Shown here in pieces: positions 1 to 11,631 of a stretch of 34,563 nucleotides of DNA; position 1 is the stretch's first letter; every line of letters starts with the position of its first letter. A program made the position numbers and the translations under genes. The stretch comes from Saprolegnia diclina VS20. Taxonomy: Eukaryota. The stretch spans positions 271,692-306,254 of the forward strand of contig NW_008246101.1 of NCBI RefSeq assembly GCF_000281045.1, given 5' to 3'. The notes under the pieces were generated by a model. That model was not told the origin of the DNA, ran no database searches, and saw only the letters and a list, made by a program, of their open reading frames with translations.

Positions 1-890
1 TGACGTGGCAGCATACTGTGCCGTTGTGCATACAACACCGATTCAGATTCAGGGAGGGGCTCGGCGGCCGAGACTTTTGCGTCCAGTGGGAGGTTGCGAC
101 ACGTCTTGCGCAGTATCTTGATCGAGATGCTATCCGGCGGGAGTCGGTGCGGCGAGGCATCGTCGCCGTCAAGGTCCTGCACCACATCCAAGAGGGGGCG
201 CACCACCTGAAGCGAGTCGGTGAGCGCAGCGTACCCGGCTTGGCTGGAGAAAGAAAGATTGTTGACGTAGCTATCAAGAGTCACAGTGTTGGAGGTTTCT
301 TCCCATAGCATCAGCGTCTGCAGCATCTGCGTCGACGAACTCAAGGACGTCGCCGCGTCACTTGGCCGTCGCTTCGAGAGGCGCTGGCGACGTCCCGCAG
401 CGCCAATACTAGCGAGTAGACATCGACAAGTACACGCAACGCGGACGCCTCGCATCTTGGCATCGTTCAGCTCGGCATGGAGGCATGCGATTCCAGGCGG
501 CGTCAACCCTGACGGCGATGGCGATGGCGTCAAGTGCCAACCACTGACAATGGTGCCCAAAACGGCCAAGTCATTGAGCTCGAGCGACGAATGCGCAGCG
601 ACCAGCTCATGTCAACGACAACGGACGAGTACGTTTTGACCTCCAGCGCGGCGGCCAGAACATACCTCGGTCGGGAGTGACGGACGCTGGATATGCATCG
701 ACGAGACCGCGAACGAGACCGCTTGCAATACCTGCTTCCAGCACCGAGAGGCCTTTTAGTACACATGGGGCTGGCGGTTACAAGCCAGAGTAGATCCGCA
801 ATGTACGTGGCGTTCGGAGAGAGCAGATGCCGTACAGCATGCCACGAGCAGCGCCGTGTTGCTGCCGACCGTGAATTTGACAACATACAT
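1..890 (-). CDS. Uncharacterised protein, spliced, 3' end runs off the left edge of the window
   Basis: Stop-free minus-strand frame from about 610 to position 1 (ELVAAHSSLELNDLAVLGTIVSGW...YAALTDSLQVVRPLLDVVQDLDG...), missing from the ORF track because its stop is outside the window. Candidate ATG at 890 (MYVVKFTVGSNTALL) with probable short introns. Start and exon structure uncertain; no family recognised. Confidence 0.45.
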
Positions 891-934
891 GAGATATTCC
901 GTCCTGAACGATTCTTGTTCACATCACGTCGTAG

Positions 935-2733
935 TTAAATGCACCATAATGATGCATCGGGTGGCGCGCGTAGCGCAGAGTTGCTTGTTGACATTTGCGG
1001 CCCAAGTATGGCATCGCAATCGCCCGCCGAGGGCGATTGCAGCTCGTACACGACAAACTCGGACGGCTCCGTTGATCGTGGGAGGTCTCCGTCGACATTC
1101 GTCAAGAGACTCAGACGCAGCCGCTCGGTGAGCTCTCCATCGCAGTAGCAGAGCAGAAAGCAGTCCGTCCCCCGCAAGCTAATCGTCGGAGAGCGCTTGA
1201 GTCGCGGGTTCGCCTCCATCGCTTCGTAGATGCTGCCACCGCGGGGTGGATACAGCGGCGTGAGACGCAGTGCCGCCGCAAGTCGCAAGAGAACCGCGCT
1301 CTTGAAGTTGTTGTACGTGCAGGCGCTATAATCGATATTGCGATGACGGCGCCGGCGGGCTACGCACAGCAAAACTTTGTTTGTCAAACTGACTGAACAC
1401 AAAGGGCGAACCCGATACTAGCCCGTGGACTAGCGGCAAGTTGAGTGTGAAAAGCGTAAAGACAAAACACACGAGCGCGCCTTCGACCTCTTCGTTTTGG
1501 CGATCTGTTGGGACGAGGCAGTCGAACAACCACTGGTAGAAGCGGACAAATATTGTCACGTGACCGTTCAGATACGTCATGATGGGACCGCTGAGAGTCA
1601 CGGCGATCGCTACAAGCGTTGGGTCGACTTCCGAAAAGCACTGTTCTTTCCTCCAGCGCTTGAGTACATACGAGACGAGGCAGAGGCCCCAGTACGCAAA
1701 CCAGACCTACATCGCATATCTATCAAACTTAAGAGGCTAGGACCCGAGTACCGAGCGCGCGAGGTAGGTGATACCAAGCAGCAGAGACATGACGTTGGCG
1801 CTGGCCTGGACTTGCATCGTGGCTGTGCCAAAGCTCGTGCAACTCAACCAAATATCCAGGTAGTAGAGCGTAGCCACGATCGGATCCAGTAGCACAATCG
1901 CGGTTGGGTCGCCAAGGACGAGCTCATACGACCAGCTGCCCGACGGCATCTTGTTCCGGTGCCCACACCGGCGTACGAGCGATTCGAGCTGAGTGCAGTG
2001 CCGGTAGTAGTGCGCCCAGAGACGGTACCACACAAAAAGCGTCGTACATATGCGATAGATCAACATGAGCCAAACCACCAGCGGATGGCGCGCGGCTTCG
2101 TTGACAAAGTACAGCGTCGCCACACCCGATGACGCTGGTGGGTCAGAGATGGCGTCACCGGGCTCGAGCCAGAGACACGACCGGCCAAAGGTAAACGAGC
2201 ACAAATGGTTTTGATAGCACGAGCCTTCGGGGTGTTGCAACGTCGTATTGGGAGCTGTGAGAATGCGGCAGAGCAGATCGATCTGCGATTTGGTGTAGTA
2301 AATAAGACCCGGCAGGCCCAAGAGATACACCGAGAGACACTAGTCAGTGTACATGGGCGGCTGCTGCAAGCGAAGCAACGACCGCGTCACTTGGGAATTG
2401 TTTATGTCATCCACCATGTAGAGAGTTCCCGTCGGCAGCGTCGCATTCGAGTAGCGTTGCTGGTGTCTTTCGAGATACGCCGTGTTGAACTCGGTGTAGT
2501 TGGCATACGTCTGGGGAGGACTGAGTGCACCTTGCCATGGAAGCGGCTCCGAGAGGTATGCAGCGAGCGGCTAGAGTACAGTATGCGTCCACAGGGGAGA
2601 AAGACTGCCACGAGCCTACCATGGAGGAGACGTTGCAGAGCGAGGCGAAGCTCACGAGGAAGCCAAGGCGGTGCCAACGCACGCCGTAGGTGCGCTTAGG
2701 TGCTTGGGCGTCGGCGACTTTGGCTCGTCGCAT
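935..2733 (-). CDS. Oomycete-type multi-pass transmembrane hypothetical protein; apparent in-frame TAG at 2340-2342
   Basis: Exons joined across short GT-AG introns: MRRAKV...FLVSFASLCNVSSM|PLAAYLSEPLPW...YLLGLPGLIYY...YELVLGDPTAIVLLDP...LDIWLS...YLARS|VWFAYWGL...EVDPTLVAIAV...|...PPRGGSIYEAMEANPRLKRSPTISLRGTDCFLLCY. Several hydrophobic segments; motifs resemble a family I recall as expanded in Saprolegniales. Confidence 0.7.
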
Positions 2734-3073
2734 GACTCGAAGACGCTTCTGGTCGGAGAGGCAGCTGGCGGTACCAAATGACGATTTCTGCACTTTTGGC
2801 TATAAAAAGCTCTGGCATGTTGGACACAAGCTCTCTATATCAACATGCTTCAAGCTGTCGTGTCGGTCGCTTCTTTAGTCGGCACTTCGACTAAGCGCAA
2901 GTCGCACCAAGTGTATCTCTTATACTCGTCTACCCTTGCTTTTACGTTTGTTTGGACCGAGACGACGTTCGAAATGTACTATAGTCGACACGTTTCTACT
3001 AACTAGACCATTCTAATGCCCAACGGCAGCACTTAATGCATGCACCGTTGTCGTTGAAGCGTTCACGACGATC

Positions 3074-3100
3074 TTCCGGATAACAACTATGATATCCGGA
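3074..3100. promoter_or_regulatory. Inverted pair TTCCGGATA-N10-TATCCGGA upstream of WDR44-like gene
   Basis: Read directly, 40-66 bp upstream of ATG 3140. Same motif recurs at 14210-14255, 18276-18302 and 21977-22003. Function inferred. Confidence 0.45.
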
Positions 3101-3139
3101 CATCCGGTTTCGCGGTGGTTTTATCGCGAAGATCCGAAG

Positions 3140-5140
3140 ATGGACGGCGCCGTAGCCGCGAGCCCCGAGAAGCCGGCGCGGACCCGGTCCATGTCCTCGG
3201 ACGAGACGACGGGCGCGTCCGAGGAAGACGTACGTAGCTCACGCGCAGGACGATGGCGCCTACTGCATGAGCTGCATGTAGTTCTACGACGCCCATGACG
3301 AGGAAGGGCAGTCGCCAAGGCGATCGGTCGTCGTGCCATGCCCACCGAGCAAGACAGGTAATCTTGCATCCACATCGATGGGCGCTGCGTGATCATGGCT
3401 CGTAGAGCTGCCGCCGATACCAGAGCAGCTACAGGAGAGCGCAGTCCGGCCAGAGGAGCCGCTGCCACCCGCCGCCAGCGACGCCATCGACGTCTTTGTC
3501 GTGCGCAACAAGGACACGGGCGAAGTCTACGACATCCGCGAGCTCGAGGCCCACCCTGTTGACTGCTACACGATGTTTCCGCAGAATTTCGAGCCGCCCG
3601 CCGACGACGAGTCCGAGGTCCTCGATCATCACCCTTGCACGGAGGCTCATGCGCATGGAGCAGCCGCACATACAGGAAGAGAAGGCCAAGACGTCCATCA
3701 AGGCGCGACTGCGCATGACCTTTAAGAAGAAGGACAAGCAGCCCAAGGCCAAAGCAAAGCCAATGGCCGGCGCCGTCCACGTACTTAGAATCCAGTACGC
3801 TGCTTGGGCGCATGGGATGATATGCGTTAGGGCGGGTCGTCGACCAAGGACAAGCGCGAGTTCAGTGCGCTCACCGTTGTGCAGACCATCACGTGCCACC
3901 ATGGCACGATCTGGACGATGAAGTTTAGCCATGACGGCGCGCGGCTCGTGACTGGCGGCCAAGATGCCATTCTACGCGTTTGGAAGGTGCACGCGCTCGG
4001 CGGCGCCGACGCCGAGACCGCACCACGCGCTCTCTTCCTCGAGACGCCGGACCAGTCGTACCAAGTACGCGACGACTCGATACAAACCCCGGACAATGCC
4101 GTCGATGCTAGGGCCATTCGATGCCGATCGTCGATGTCTCGTGGAGCCGCAGCAACTTTATCTTGTCGGCGTCCATGGACAAGGTACACAGCATCATGAG
4201 GATGCAGCCTACCGCAACTGCGTAGACGGTGCGGCTCTGGCACATCTCCAAGGAAGAGTGTTTGCATGTGTTCCAGCACCCCGACAGCGTCCCAGCCGTG
4301 GACTTTCATCCGAAGGACGACCGGTTCTTCCTCTCCGGCTGCTTCGACAACAAGGCGCGGATCTGGAACATTCCCGACGGCTGCGTCGTCTCGTATGTGC
4401 AAGCGCCCGTCATGATCACGGCGGCGACGTTCCACCCGTCCGGGTCCCGCGTCATTGTCGGCCTTCTCCACGGCCAATGCATCTTGTACCAAGTCAACAA
4501 CCACCAAGCGATGAACTACTACACGCAGATCGACTGCCGCAACGCTCGCGGCGCCACGCGAAAAGGGCGCAAGGTCACGGGCATCGAGTTCACACCCGAA
4601 GGCAAGTTCTTCCTCGTCACGACCAACGACTCGCGCATGCGGCTCTTCTCGGTCGACAATTACGCTCGCGTGTGCAAGTACAAGGGGCTGCGCAACGAAT
4701 ACCTCCAGATCAAGGGCCGCTTCAGGTCCGTCGCGCAAGGTTTCTGCATTGATACGACAAGTTCTCTCTAGTCAAGACGGGGACTATGTCATTTGCGGCT
4801 CAGAGAACGGCAACGTGTACATCTGGCACAAGGCCACGTCGAGTGCGCACAGCTCCAGTCTCCTTGGCAGCAAGCAAGATCGCAACCAGTCCTTCGAGTA
4901 CTTCACCGGTACGTACTTTGACCAACGCAAGGCCGGGAAGCAGAGCGTGGTGTAGCGGTCGATGGGGCGAGTGGCGTCGTGACGGTCGCGCTCTTTGCCC
5001 CGGCGAGTACGTTTGCACTGGCGCCACTGCCGACGACCGACCACGACAATGTGCACGTCCAAGCCTGCACGGGGTACATGGTCACGGCCACGTACGACGG
5101 CGCGATCCGCGTCTTTACCCGCCTCTCGGACGCGTCGTAG
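3140..5140 (+). CDS. WDR44: WD40-repeat protein, WDR44 (Rab11-binding protein)-like
   Basis: Spliced product contains HHGTIWTMKFSHDGARLVTGGQDAILRVW, GHSMPIVDVSWSRSNFILSASMDKTVRLWH, FQHPDSVPAVDFHPKDDRFFLSGCFDNKARIWNI, LVTTNDSRMRL, SQDGDYVICGSENGNVYIW. Ends VTATYDGAIRVFTRLSDAS*; multiple short introns. Confidence 0.88.
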
Positions 5141-5228
5141 AGTCAGACGTTGCAGCGTGGGTAGGAGAGAATAGGCAAATTTATTAAACATCTAAGTAAG
5201 TCATAATTTGGTCGGGCGACAAGGCAGT

Positions 5229-6323
5229 TTACTCTTCGTCGACGAGTTCCGAGAGCGACTCGTCGTCGTAGCTCGTGCCAATGGCCACCATGAGGTCCTT
5301 GACGTAGTTTTCAAGCTGCGTCTGCGTCGCGAGCGCCGCGTCGAGCACTTCCTGGTGCGAGGCCGGGATCGCCGTGCGCTGGGTACCCGGCATGACCACC
5401 TTGTTGGTGATGAGCGAGAGGCCGACCGTCTTCATGCCGCAGTGGCGGGCGACAATGACCTCGGGGACCGTCGACATGCCGACCGAGTCGCCGCCGACGA
5501 GGCGCAGGAGGCGGCACTCGGTGGGCGTCTCGTACGTCGGGCCCGAGACGAAGCAGTAGACGCCGTTGCGGCGCACCTTGTGCGTCATCTCGTGTTGCTT
5601 AGCCATGCGCCACGCGAGGTTCTGGAGCTTGACGTCGTACGCGTCCGAGAGCGGCGTGAAGCGCTCGCCAAAGCGGTCGTCGTTGGGGCCGACAAGCGGG
5701 TGCTTGCCCGCGAGGCCGGGCATGTTGAGGTGGTCGGCCATGATCATGACGTCGCCAACGTTGTATGTCTCGTTCAAGGCGCCGGCGGCGTTCGTGACGA
5801 TGAGGAACTTGACGCCGAGGAGGCTCATGACGCGGATCGGGAGCGTCGTCTTGCGGATGTCGTGGCCTTCGTACGTGTGGAAGCGGCCGCGCATGCAGAC
5901 GACCTGGACGCCCTCGATCTCGCCAAAGACGAGCTCGCCGGCGTGGCCGACGACCGTCGACTTGGGGAAGCGCGGGATGTCGTTGTAGTGGATCGTCACC
6001 GTGTTGGTAAGGCACTTGGAGAGCGAGCCGAGGCCCGAGCCGCAGACGACGAGGATCGACGGGCGGTACGTCGTGGCCTCCTTGAGGTAGTCGGCGATGA
6101 CGTCGACGTCGTCCTTCTCGGCGACGAGCGTGGCCATGGTGGCAGCCTTGCCACCGGCGGCGAGGTGCTGGACGTGGGTCGGGGCGCGGTCTTGGGTCAT
6201 GGTCGGATGAAGAGGAGCGTGGCCGGTTCCGCGGGAGTGCTGGACGTGAGCGGGAGGAGGAATGTTTTGAAGTGAGAAGCCGACCTTGCTCCCGGCGCTC
6301 GAAGGACCTCCTTGGTCGGCCAT
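5229..6323 (-). CDS. PNP: Purine nucleoside phosphorylase (trimeric, 6-oxopurine type), intronless
   Basis: Motifs CGSGLG, STVVGHAG, MRGRFHTYEG, VTNAAG, SGPTYETPTE, VGMSTVPE, SLITNK. Start at 6323 (MADQGG) is tentative; 6200 or 6137 are alternatives. Confidence 0.93.
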   Translation of the reverse strand: MADQGGPSSAGSKVGFSLQNIPPPAHVQHSRGTGHAPLHPTMTQDRAPTHVQHLAAGGKAATMATLVAEKDDVDVIADYLKEATTYRPSILVVCGSGLGSLSKCLTNTVTIHYNDIPRFPKSTVVGHAGELVFGEIEGVQVVCMRGRFHTYEGHDIRKTTLPIRVMSLLGVKFLIVTNAAGALNETYNVGDVMIMADHLNMPGLAGKHPLVGPNDDRFGERFTPLSDAYDVKLQNLAWRMAKQHEMTHKVRRNGVYCFVSGPTYETPTECRLLRLVGGDSVGMSTVPEVIVARHCGMKTVGLSLITNKVVMPGTQRTAIPASHQEVLDAALATQTQLENYVKDLMVAIGTSYDDESLSELVDEE

Positions 6324-7126
6324 GCTCTGGGACACGTCGCGGCTGGTTTTGGTGAATGGGACAGTGGCTGCGTATACAAAGTTCAAGATGCTTTTGGGCC
6401 AGAGCTTGAACTTTGGCCCATACAAACCCCAAGTCGATCTTTTCGAATCTTTGGCCCGAGAAAGGCCGCTTGGGATTCCGAAATTTTGGGAATTGGCGCA
6501 TTGCACGCACTGCAAAATTTGACTTTGTCGATGCGGATCGCGCTTCGGACAGCGAGAAAAGGTCGCTTCTTGGAGGTCGTGGAAGAGGAAGGCGACGGAT
6601 GAGGTGGCAGAGCCAGCGACCACGTGGGTCGCGTCGCACCCCTTTGCCCGGATATCCTTGAAGACGATCTTTGCTCCGGACCGCCCGCTCGCATTGGCTC
6701 CGTGACTCACTTCAAGAATACCCAATGGCGTCTCAAGGAATCCAACACCTGTGGGTGCAGTCCACGGTAGGCGACAGCACCGCCATCCATCGCACGTTGC
6801 AGTTGCACGGCTATGTATTCGGCACTTCAACTTGCACTGGGATACGTCCGGCGACAGCTTTTGTCCGCGGGCAGCCGCGTCGTCGCTTCGCTTGATGCAG
6901 GAACGATCGTATATGCAGCTTTTGGACACCGTAACACGTCGTATATGACTCGGACGTTGCGACGGGTCTACGCCCGCACTAGAGAACCAGGTTGGTGCGC
7001 CAGACAAGGACATTTGCTGTCGCAGCCCCAACTGCAACTTGAAGTCTTGCTGTCGCCACGTGATAACGCAGGCGACACGTGCCTCGTGTTAATACAGCGC
7101 TGTCTCTGTCTCGGCGCGTCTCGGCG

Positions 7127-8794
7127 TCACCAGAGCGCCCAGCCCGACGCCGCGTGCCGCTTGTCTTCGATGAGCTTGAGCTCCGAGGGCGAGAACTTGA
7201 GTACGGTCGCGATCGCCTTCTCCATGTGCTCCTTGACCTAGTCGAGCTATAAGCGCCTTGATATGAAGGCGAGATCCTACCTCGGCGTGGTCGGTGCTCA
7301 TGTACTTGACGACGATGTTCTTGAGGTACTCGTTGGTCGTCGGTGCGTGGGGCGACGTCTCAAAGCCGCTGAGGCTGTTGGAGCTGCTCATGCGTCGCAG
7401 GCCGGCCGACGAGAACGTCCCCGATGAGTTGGAGCGCGGTGCGTCCCTAGGCAGTACACATTGGCACGTCATACGGGGACGCGATCGGTACCCGAGCTGG
7501 CCCTTGGCGGCCTGCAGCTCTTTTTCCTTTTGGTCGACGACTTGCATGGCGCGCTTGCGGTAGAGCGCAAACTCGGTCTTGAGCTTAGCCACATCGTTGC
7601 CATCGAGGTCCTGTGCGAGCTGGAAGCTGGCGTCGCTCGACGAGAGCTTGGCTTCGAGGTCCGTCTTTTCTCGGAGCACCGCCTCGTACCTGCTCGGCGA
7701 CGTCGCTGCCGGTTCGAGTGACAGAGAGCGTACCGTTCTCGCCACTCCATCGCGAGGACGGTCTCGCCCATGGTGCCGCTGAGCTTCTCGTGCTCGCGCT
7801 GGAGCTTGGCGTACTTTTCACTCCACTCGCTTTCCTACATCAGATCTGATAGCCGGGTGGTTGCGATTGTGCGACTGGTACCTTTTCTTCGGCCATCGTC
7901 TGGAGCTGGACGAGCCGGCGCACTTGCAGCCGCGCTGCCTGGAGCTCGTTCTGGACGTCCGTGCCCGAGAGCTGCTCTTGCTGCCGTGCCAGCGTCGATG
8001 CGCTCATCTACTCACGAGTCAAAACGAAGGGTCGGCGGATCGAGCCTCGATGACCTTGCGGATTTCCGCGTCCTTTTGTTTCCTTGTAATCTCTACACCG
8101 AGATGCATGAGGGAGATGCGGGGCGCGGCTCGTACCGGCCCGCACGCGGTATCGGCGAAACTCTTCCTGGACTCGCTCGAGCTCTTCGCTCAGTTCTTGC
8201 TTCTACAAGCGCTGTATCGAAACGTGCATGTATCCCTCCCCGTACCATTTCTTGGATCTCGGGCGGTGGCAGCGACAGCTCGGGCAGCCGAAGGGGCTCG
8301 CCGCTCGTCTTGCGAATGTAGTCGTGGAGCTCGTCGTCGGAGCGGAAGGCGACCCAGTCGCACTCGGGCGGCTTCACGTCGTCGTCCAAGTCGTTGTCGC
8401 TAGCGTACTCGACAAGACACCAGAGCAGCGTCGGGCCCATCGGCATTGCCTGCTTGACCTTTTGCAGAATACGCCGAGGCTCCCGCTTCGCAGTCGTGGC
8501 CGCGTCCGGCGCCTTCTTCTCGGCGGCCTTGAGATCGAGCACTTGCTGCTGGAGCGCTTCGCACGCGGCCTTCTTGTTCTCGAGGCTGCGCTTGGCACCG
8601 ACCATGATGCGCTTCATCTTGGAGTTCTCTTCCTCGACCGCGTGCATCGCATGCTTCTGCTGCGCGATGAGCGTCTCGAGGCGCACGCAGCGGTCCTTGT
8701 AGGCCTTGACAGCCGCCACCAGGGTCTCCGTGCTCATGGCCTCGGCGCCCGTCGGGCCTGCCACCGCCCCGGTCTCGGCCTCGTCGGACGACAT
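7127..8794 (-). CDS. GRIP-domain coiled-coil protein (golgin-like)
   Basis: Long heptad-rich exons. Spliced C-terminus NEYLKNIVVKYMSTDHAE|VKEHMEKAIATVLKFSPSELKLIEDKRHAASGWALW* is a classic GRIP signature (EYLKN...IATVLKFS). ATG 8794 (MSSDEAETG). Confidence 0.85.
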
Positions 8795-9245
8795 GGCTTG
8801 CAAATTGCGCGACCCCCACGCCCAACCTCCCATATATCATATTTAGGAACTGTCAAAACCGATATACGCAGAAGATGCATGGGATATTGGACCTCTCAGA
8901 ACTGATATTGACAACCAACTGGTTTGGCGCCAGATCCCCTGCGTCTGAAACGGAGCCCTTGACCACCGCAGTAGTTTGCTGCGCTGACTGTACGCGGTGC
9001 TGCGCGCTAACCTAAAGCGCATAATCGTCACCAAAAGCACCGCTCTGGCGCATGTAGCCCAGCTGCATGCTGTCAAGGGAGCTCAGAATGTCCTATTTCC
9101 CCAGAGTGCTGTATACACTCGAGCAACGTCACCTTCACATCCCGCTAGAGTGTTGAAGGACTGCGCCATGACTAGCAGGTCGATGGATCAATCAAGTTCA
9201 GAAGTGCTCTTTCCTTCAAGATCACGTTACCTCCTCAAATAAAAC

Positions 9246-9268
9246 GAGTCCTAAGGGGAGTCCTAAGG
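9246..9268. repeat. Short tandem duplication GAGTCCTAAGG x2 (12-bp period)
   Basis: Copies at 9246-9256 and 9258-9268. Confidence 0.7.
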
Positions 9269-9441
9269 TGGTTCAAGACACAAATGCGATGGCAATCCGA
9301 GTCAAATCACGATCAAAGGACGTGGCACATGAGCCTTCCAAGCCAAAGATGAGCATCGTCCACTGATTGTCGCGTACTAGTAATACCAGTGAGAACCGCG
9401 AGACGTGGCGCGACCCACGTACTTGTGGATTTCAGAGCACC

Positions 9442-9507
9442 ACGCAGCTCAGTTCTTGGTTGTTGAAATGTTGTTGAAATGAGTTATTACGCAGCTCAGT
9501 TCTTGGT
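9442..9507. repeat. 19-bp direct repeat ACGCAGCTCAGTTCTTGGT flanking a 28-bp filler with a GTTGTTGAAAT doublet
   Basis: Copies at 9442-9460 and 9489-9507; GTTGTTGAAAT at 9459-9469 and 9470-9480. Confidence 0.8.
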
Positions 9508-9948
9508 CAGCCGTTGTAGACCGATCGAGGGCATTGATTGATGTACCGTCAACGTGGCGTAGGGCGTGCAGCAGACACCGTCTCGAAGCTAAGGCCGCGC
9601 GTATGCATGACCGATACCAAGGGACTGGCTCCGACTCCTACCTTGGTGGCAAACTAGATTCAATTTTTCTTATGGCACTTCAATGCCAAACGCTCGGGCT
9701 GCTTCTTGAACATTTGCACACTGCGTCCTTAAGGGCCGTAGTATGTTGGTGCTATTTCGACAACAAGCTTCTCGAGGCCGAAACTACGCCCACGTCCCAC
9801 GTCCAATGCATATTCTTATGCTATAAGATAGCAGCCTACTCGAACGCTCGACATACGACTGGAGGCGGTATTCGTGGAGTAGCTAACGTTAGGATTGCTG
9901 TCAGGATCCAGCCTCGAAGAGTTGGCACTCGAAAAATAAGCGCGCGTG

Positions 9949-10002
9949 ATTGGTCCGAAGGTAGCCAATCCGATGCGTGTATCGGGTGCTTTGGCCACCA
10001 AT
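9949..10002. promoter_or_regulatory. Cluster of three CCAAT boxes upstream of SAS10
   Basis: ATTGG 9949-9953, CCAAT 9965-9969 and CCAAT 9998-10002, within 100 bp of ATG 10045. CCAAT boxes are known oomycete promoter elements. Confidence 0.45.
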
Positions 10003-10044
10003 CAATCGCAGGCGGTTGGTGGACCATCGACTCGATATATCTCC

Positions 10045-11631
10045 ATGGGCCGACGCGGACGACAGAGCGCCAAGACGGGCGATGGCGGGGCCGAGCGCCG
10101 GCTCGCCAAGAAGCTCGAGGAGCAGCGCAAGGGCAAGCAGATGGGCGCCAAGCCCCGCAAGGATGACCTCGTCTTCCTCGACGACCCGTCCGAGGACGAG
10201 CTCGAAGAAGCCAACTCGGAGAGCGACGATGGCATGGGCGACGAGGAAGAGGTCATGCAGCTGCATGCGAGCAGCGACGACGACGACGACGACGATGATG
10301 AAGAAGACGTCGATGGCGACGAAGAACTTCTTGAAGAGCGCGACGAGATCGAGAGCGACGGCGAAGACTACACGGAGGAGAAGGAGCGCATCGCCAAGAT
10401 GGCGGACCAGTGGGGCTCGTCCAAGAATGCCTTCTACTCGGCGGATACGGCCGACTACGAAGGCTTCTCGGACCAGGAAGAAGCCGCGCGCGACGAAGAA
10501 GAAGCGGCGCTCGAGCTCCAGCGCAAGCAGGCCGAGATGATGGACGAAGACGACTTTGTGGTCGACGCCAACGACGCAGCCGAGGACGATGCCGACGAAG
10601 AAACGCGTGTCGGCGACGAGCTCGCCGACATCCCGCTCTACGGCGAAGAACCCGTCGAGAAGGTGACCAAGGATTTCTCCAAGATGACCAAGAAGCAAAA
10701 GCTTGCGCTCGTGCAAGAGTACGCCGCTTGACCTCGATTCCGGGTCTTATTTGCATCTGATAGAACGTCGCCGGAGCTGCTCGGCCTTCTCGAAGAGCTC
10801 AAGGCGTGCATGGAAGTGCTCTCGACGTCGATCGAGCCGGCGCGCGAGAAGCTCACGCAGTGGGCCGAGACCAAGTCAGCGCCCAAGTACGCGGCCGGCC
10901 TCGAATACATCCAGATGAAGGAGACGCTTCTGCTCAACTACACGATGAACATCAGCTTTTACCTCCAGCTCAAGGCGGCCGGCAAGACTGTCCAGGACCA
11001 CCCGGTGCTGCAGCACATTCTGCAGATGCGCGCCAAGCTGAACGCACTCGAAGCCGTCGACGAAGGGCTCGAGGGCCAGCTCGACGAGCTCCTTACGACC
11101 GAGATCCCGGTCGACGAGACGACCAACGATGACGACGACGACGACGATGGTCTTGGCGACTACTTCAAGGGCGACGCCGCCCCCGAGACGACGGCGCCGA
11201 CGACGAAGGAGTCCAAGAAGGAATCCAAGAAGGCGTCCAAAAAGCGCAAGATGGACGACGACGACGAGATCGACGAAGACGCCGACGCGTTCTACGCGTC
11301 GGTGGCCGCGACCAAGACCAAGCACAAGAACCTCAAGGAAGCCTTCTTCTCGCACGAGCCGACGTACTACCCGGAAGCCGAGGACGACGAGGACGATGAG
11401 GACAAGAAGCGCGGTGCGACGTACCAGATGATCAAGAACCGCGGCTTGACGGCGCACAAGAGCAAGGTGAACCGCAACCCGCGCGTCAAGAAGCGCCTCC
11501 AGTACGAGAAGGCGCTCGTGCGACGAAAAGGCCAAGTGCGCGACGTGCGCGTTGGCGAGGCCGCGCGCTACGGCGGCGAACTCACGGGTATCAAGGCCAA
11601 CATCACAAGAAGTCGCAAGCTCCGATCGTAA
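10045..11631 (+). CDS. UTP3: SSU processome subunit Sas10/Utp3
   Basis: Acidic N-terminus with WGSSKNAFYSAD; Sas10/C1D-like LLLNYTMNISFYLQLKA...DHPVL; C-terminal KRGATYQMIKNRGLT...RNPRVKKR...YGGELTGIKANITRSRKL. One intron at 10719-10763. Confidence 0.93.

Noticed and set aside
6324..7037. 238-codon upstream extension of the PNP ORF (602-aa call)
   Set aside because: Begins at a non-ATG codon, crosses AT-richer promoter-like sequence, lacks the strong GC3 bias of real exons here and has no recognisable domain.
9442..9507. Repeat-spacer-repeat pattern as a mini CRISPR array
   Set aside because: Only two 19-bp repeats, spacer is itself repetitive, eukaryotic context, no cas genes.
9534..10044. 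210-aa ORF upstream of and overlapping SAS10
   Set aside because: Non-ATG start, no codon bias, overlaps CCAAT-box promoter; no recognisable product.
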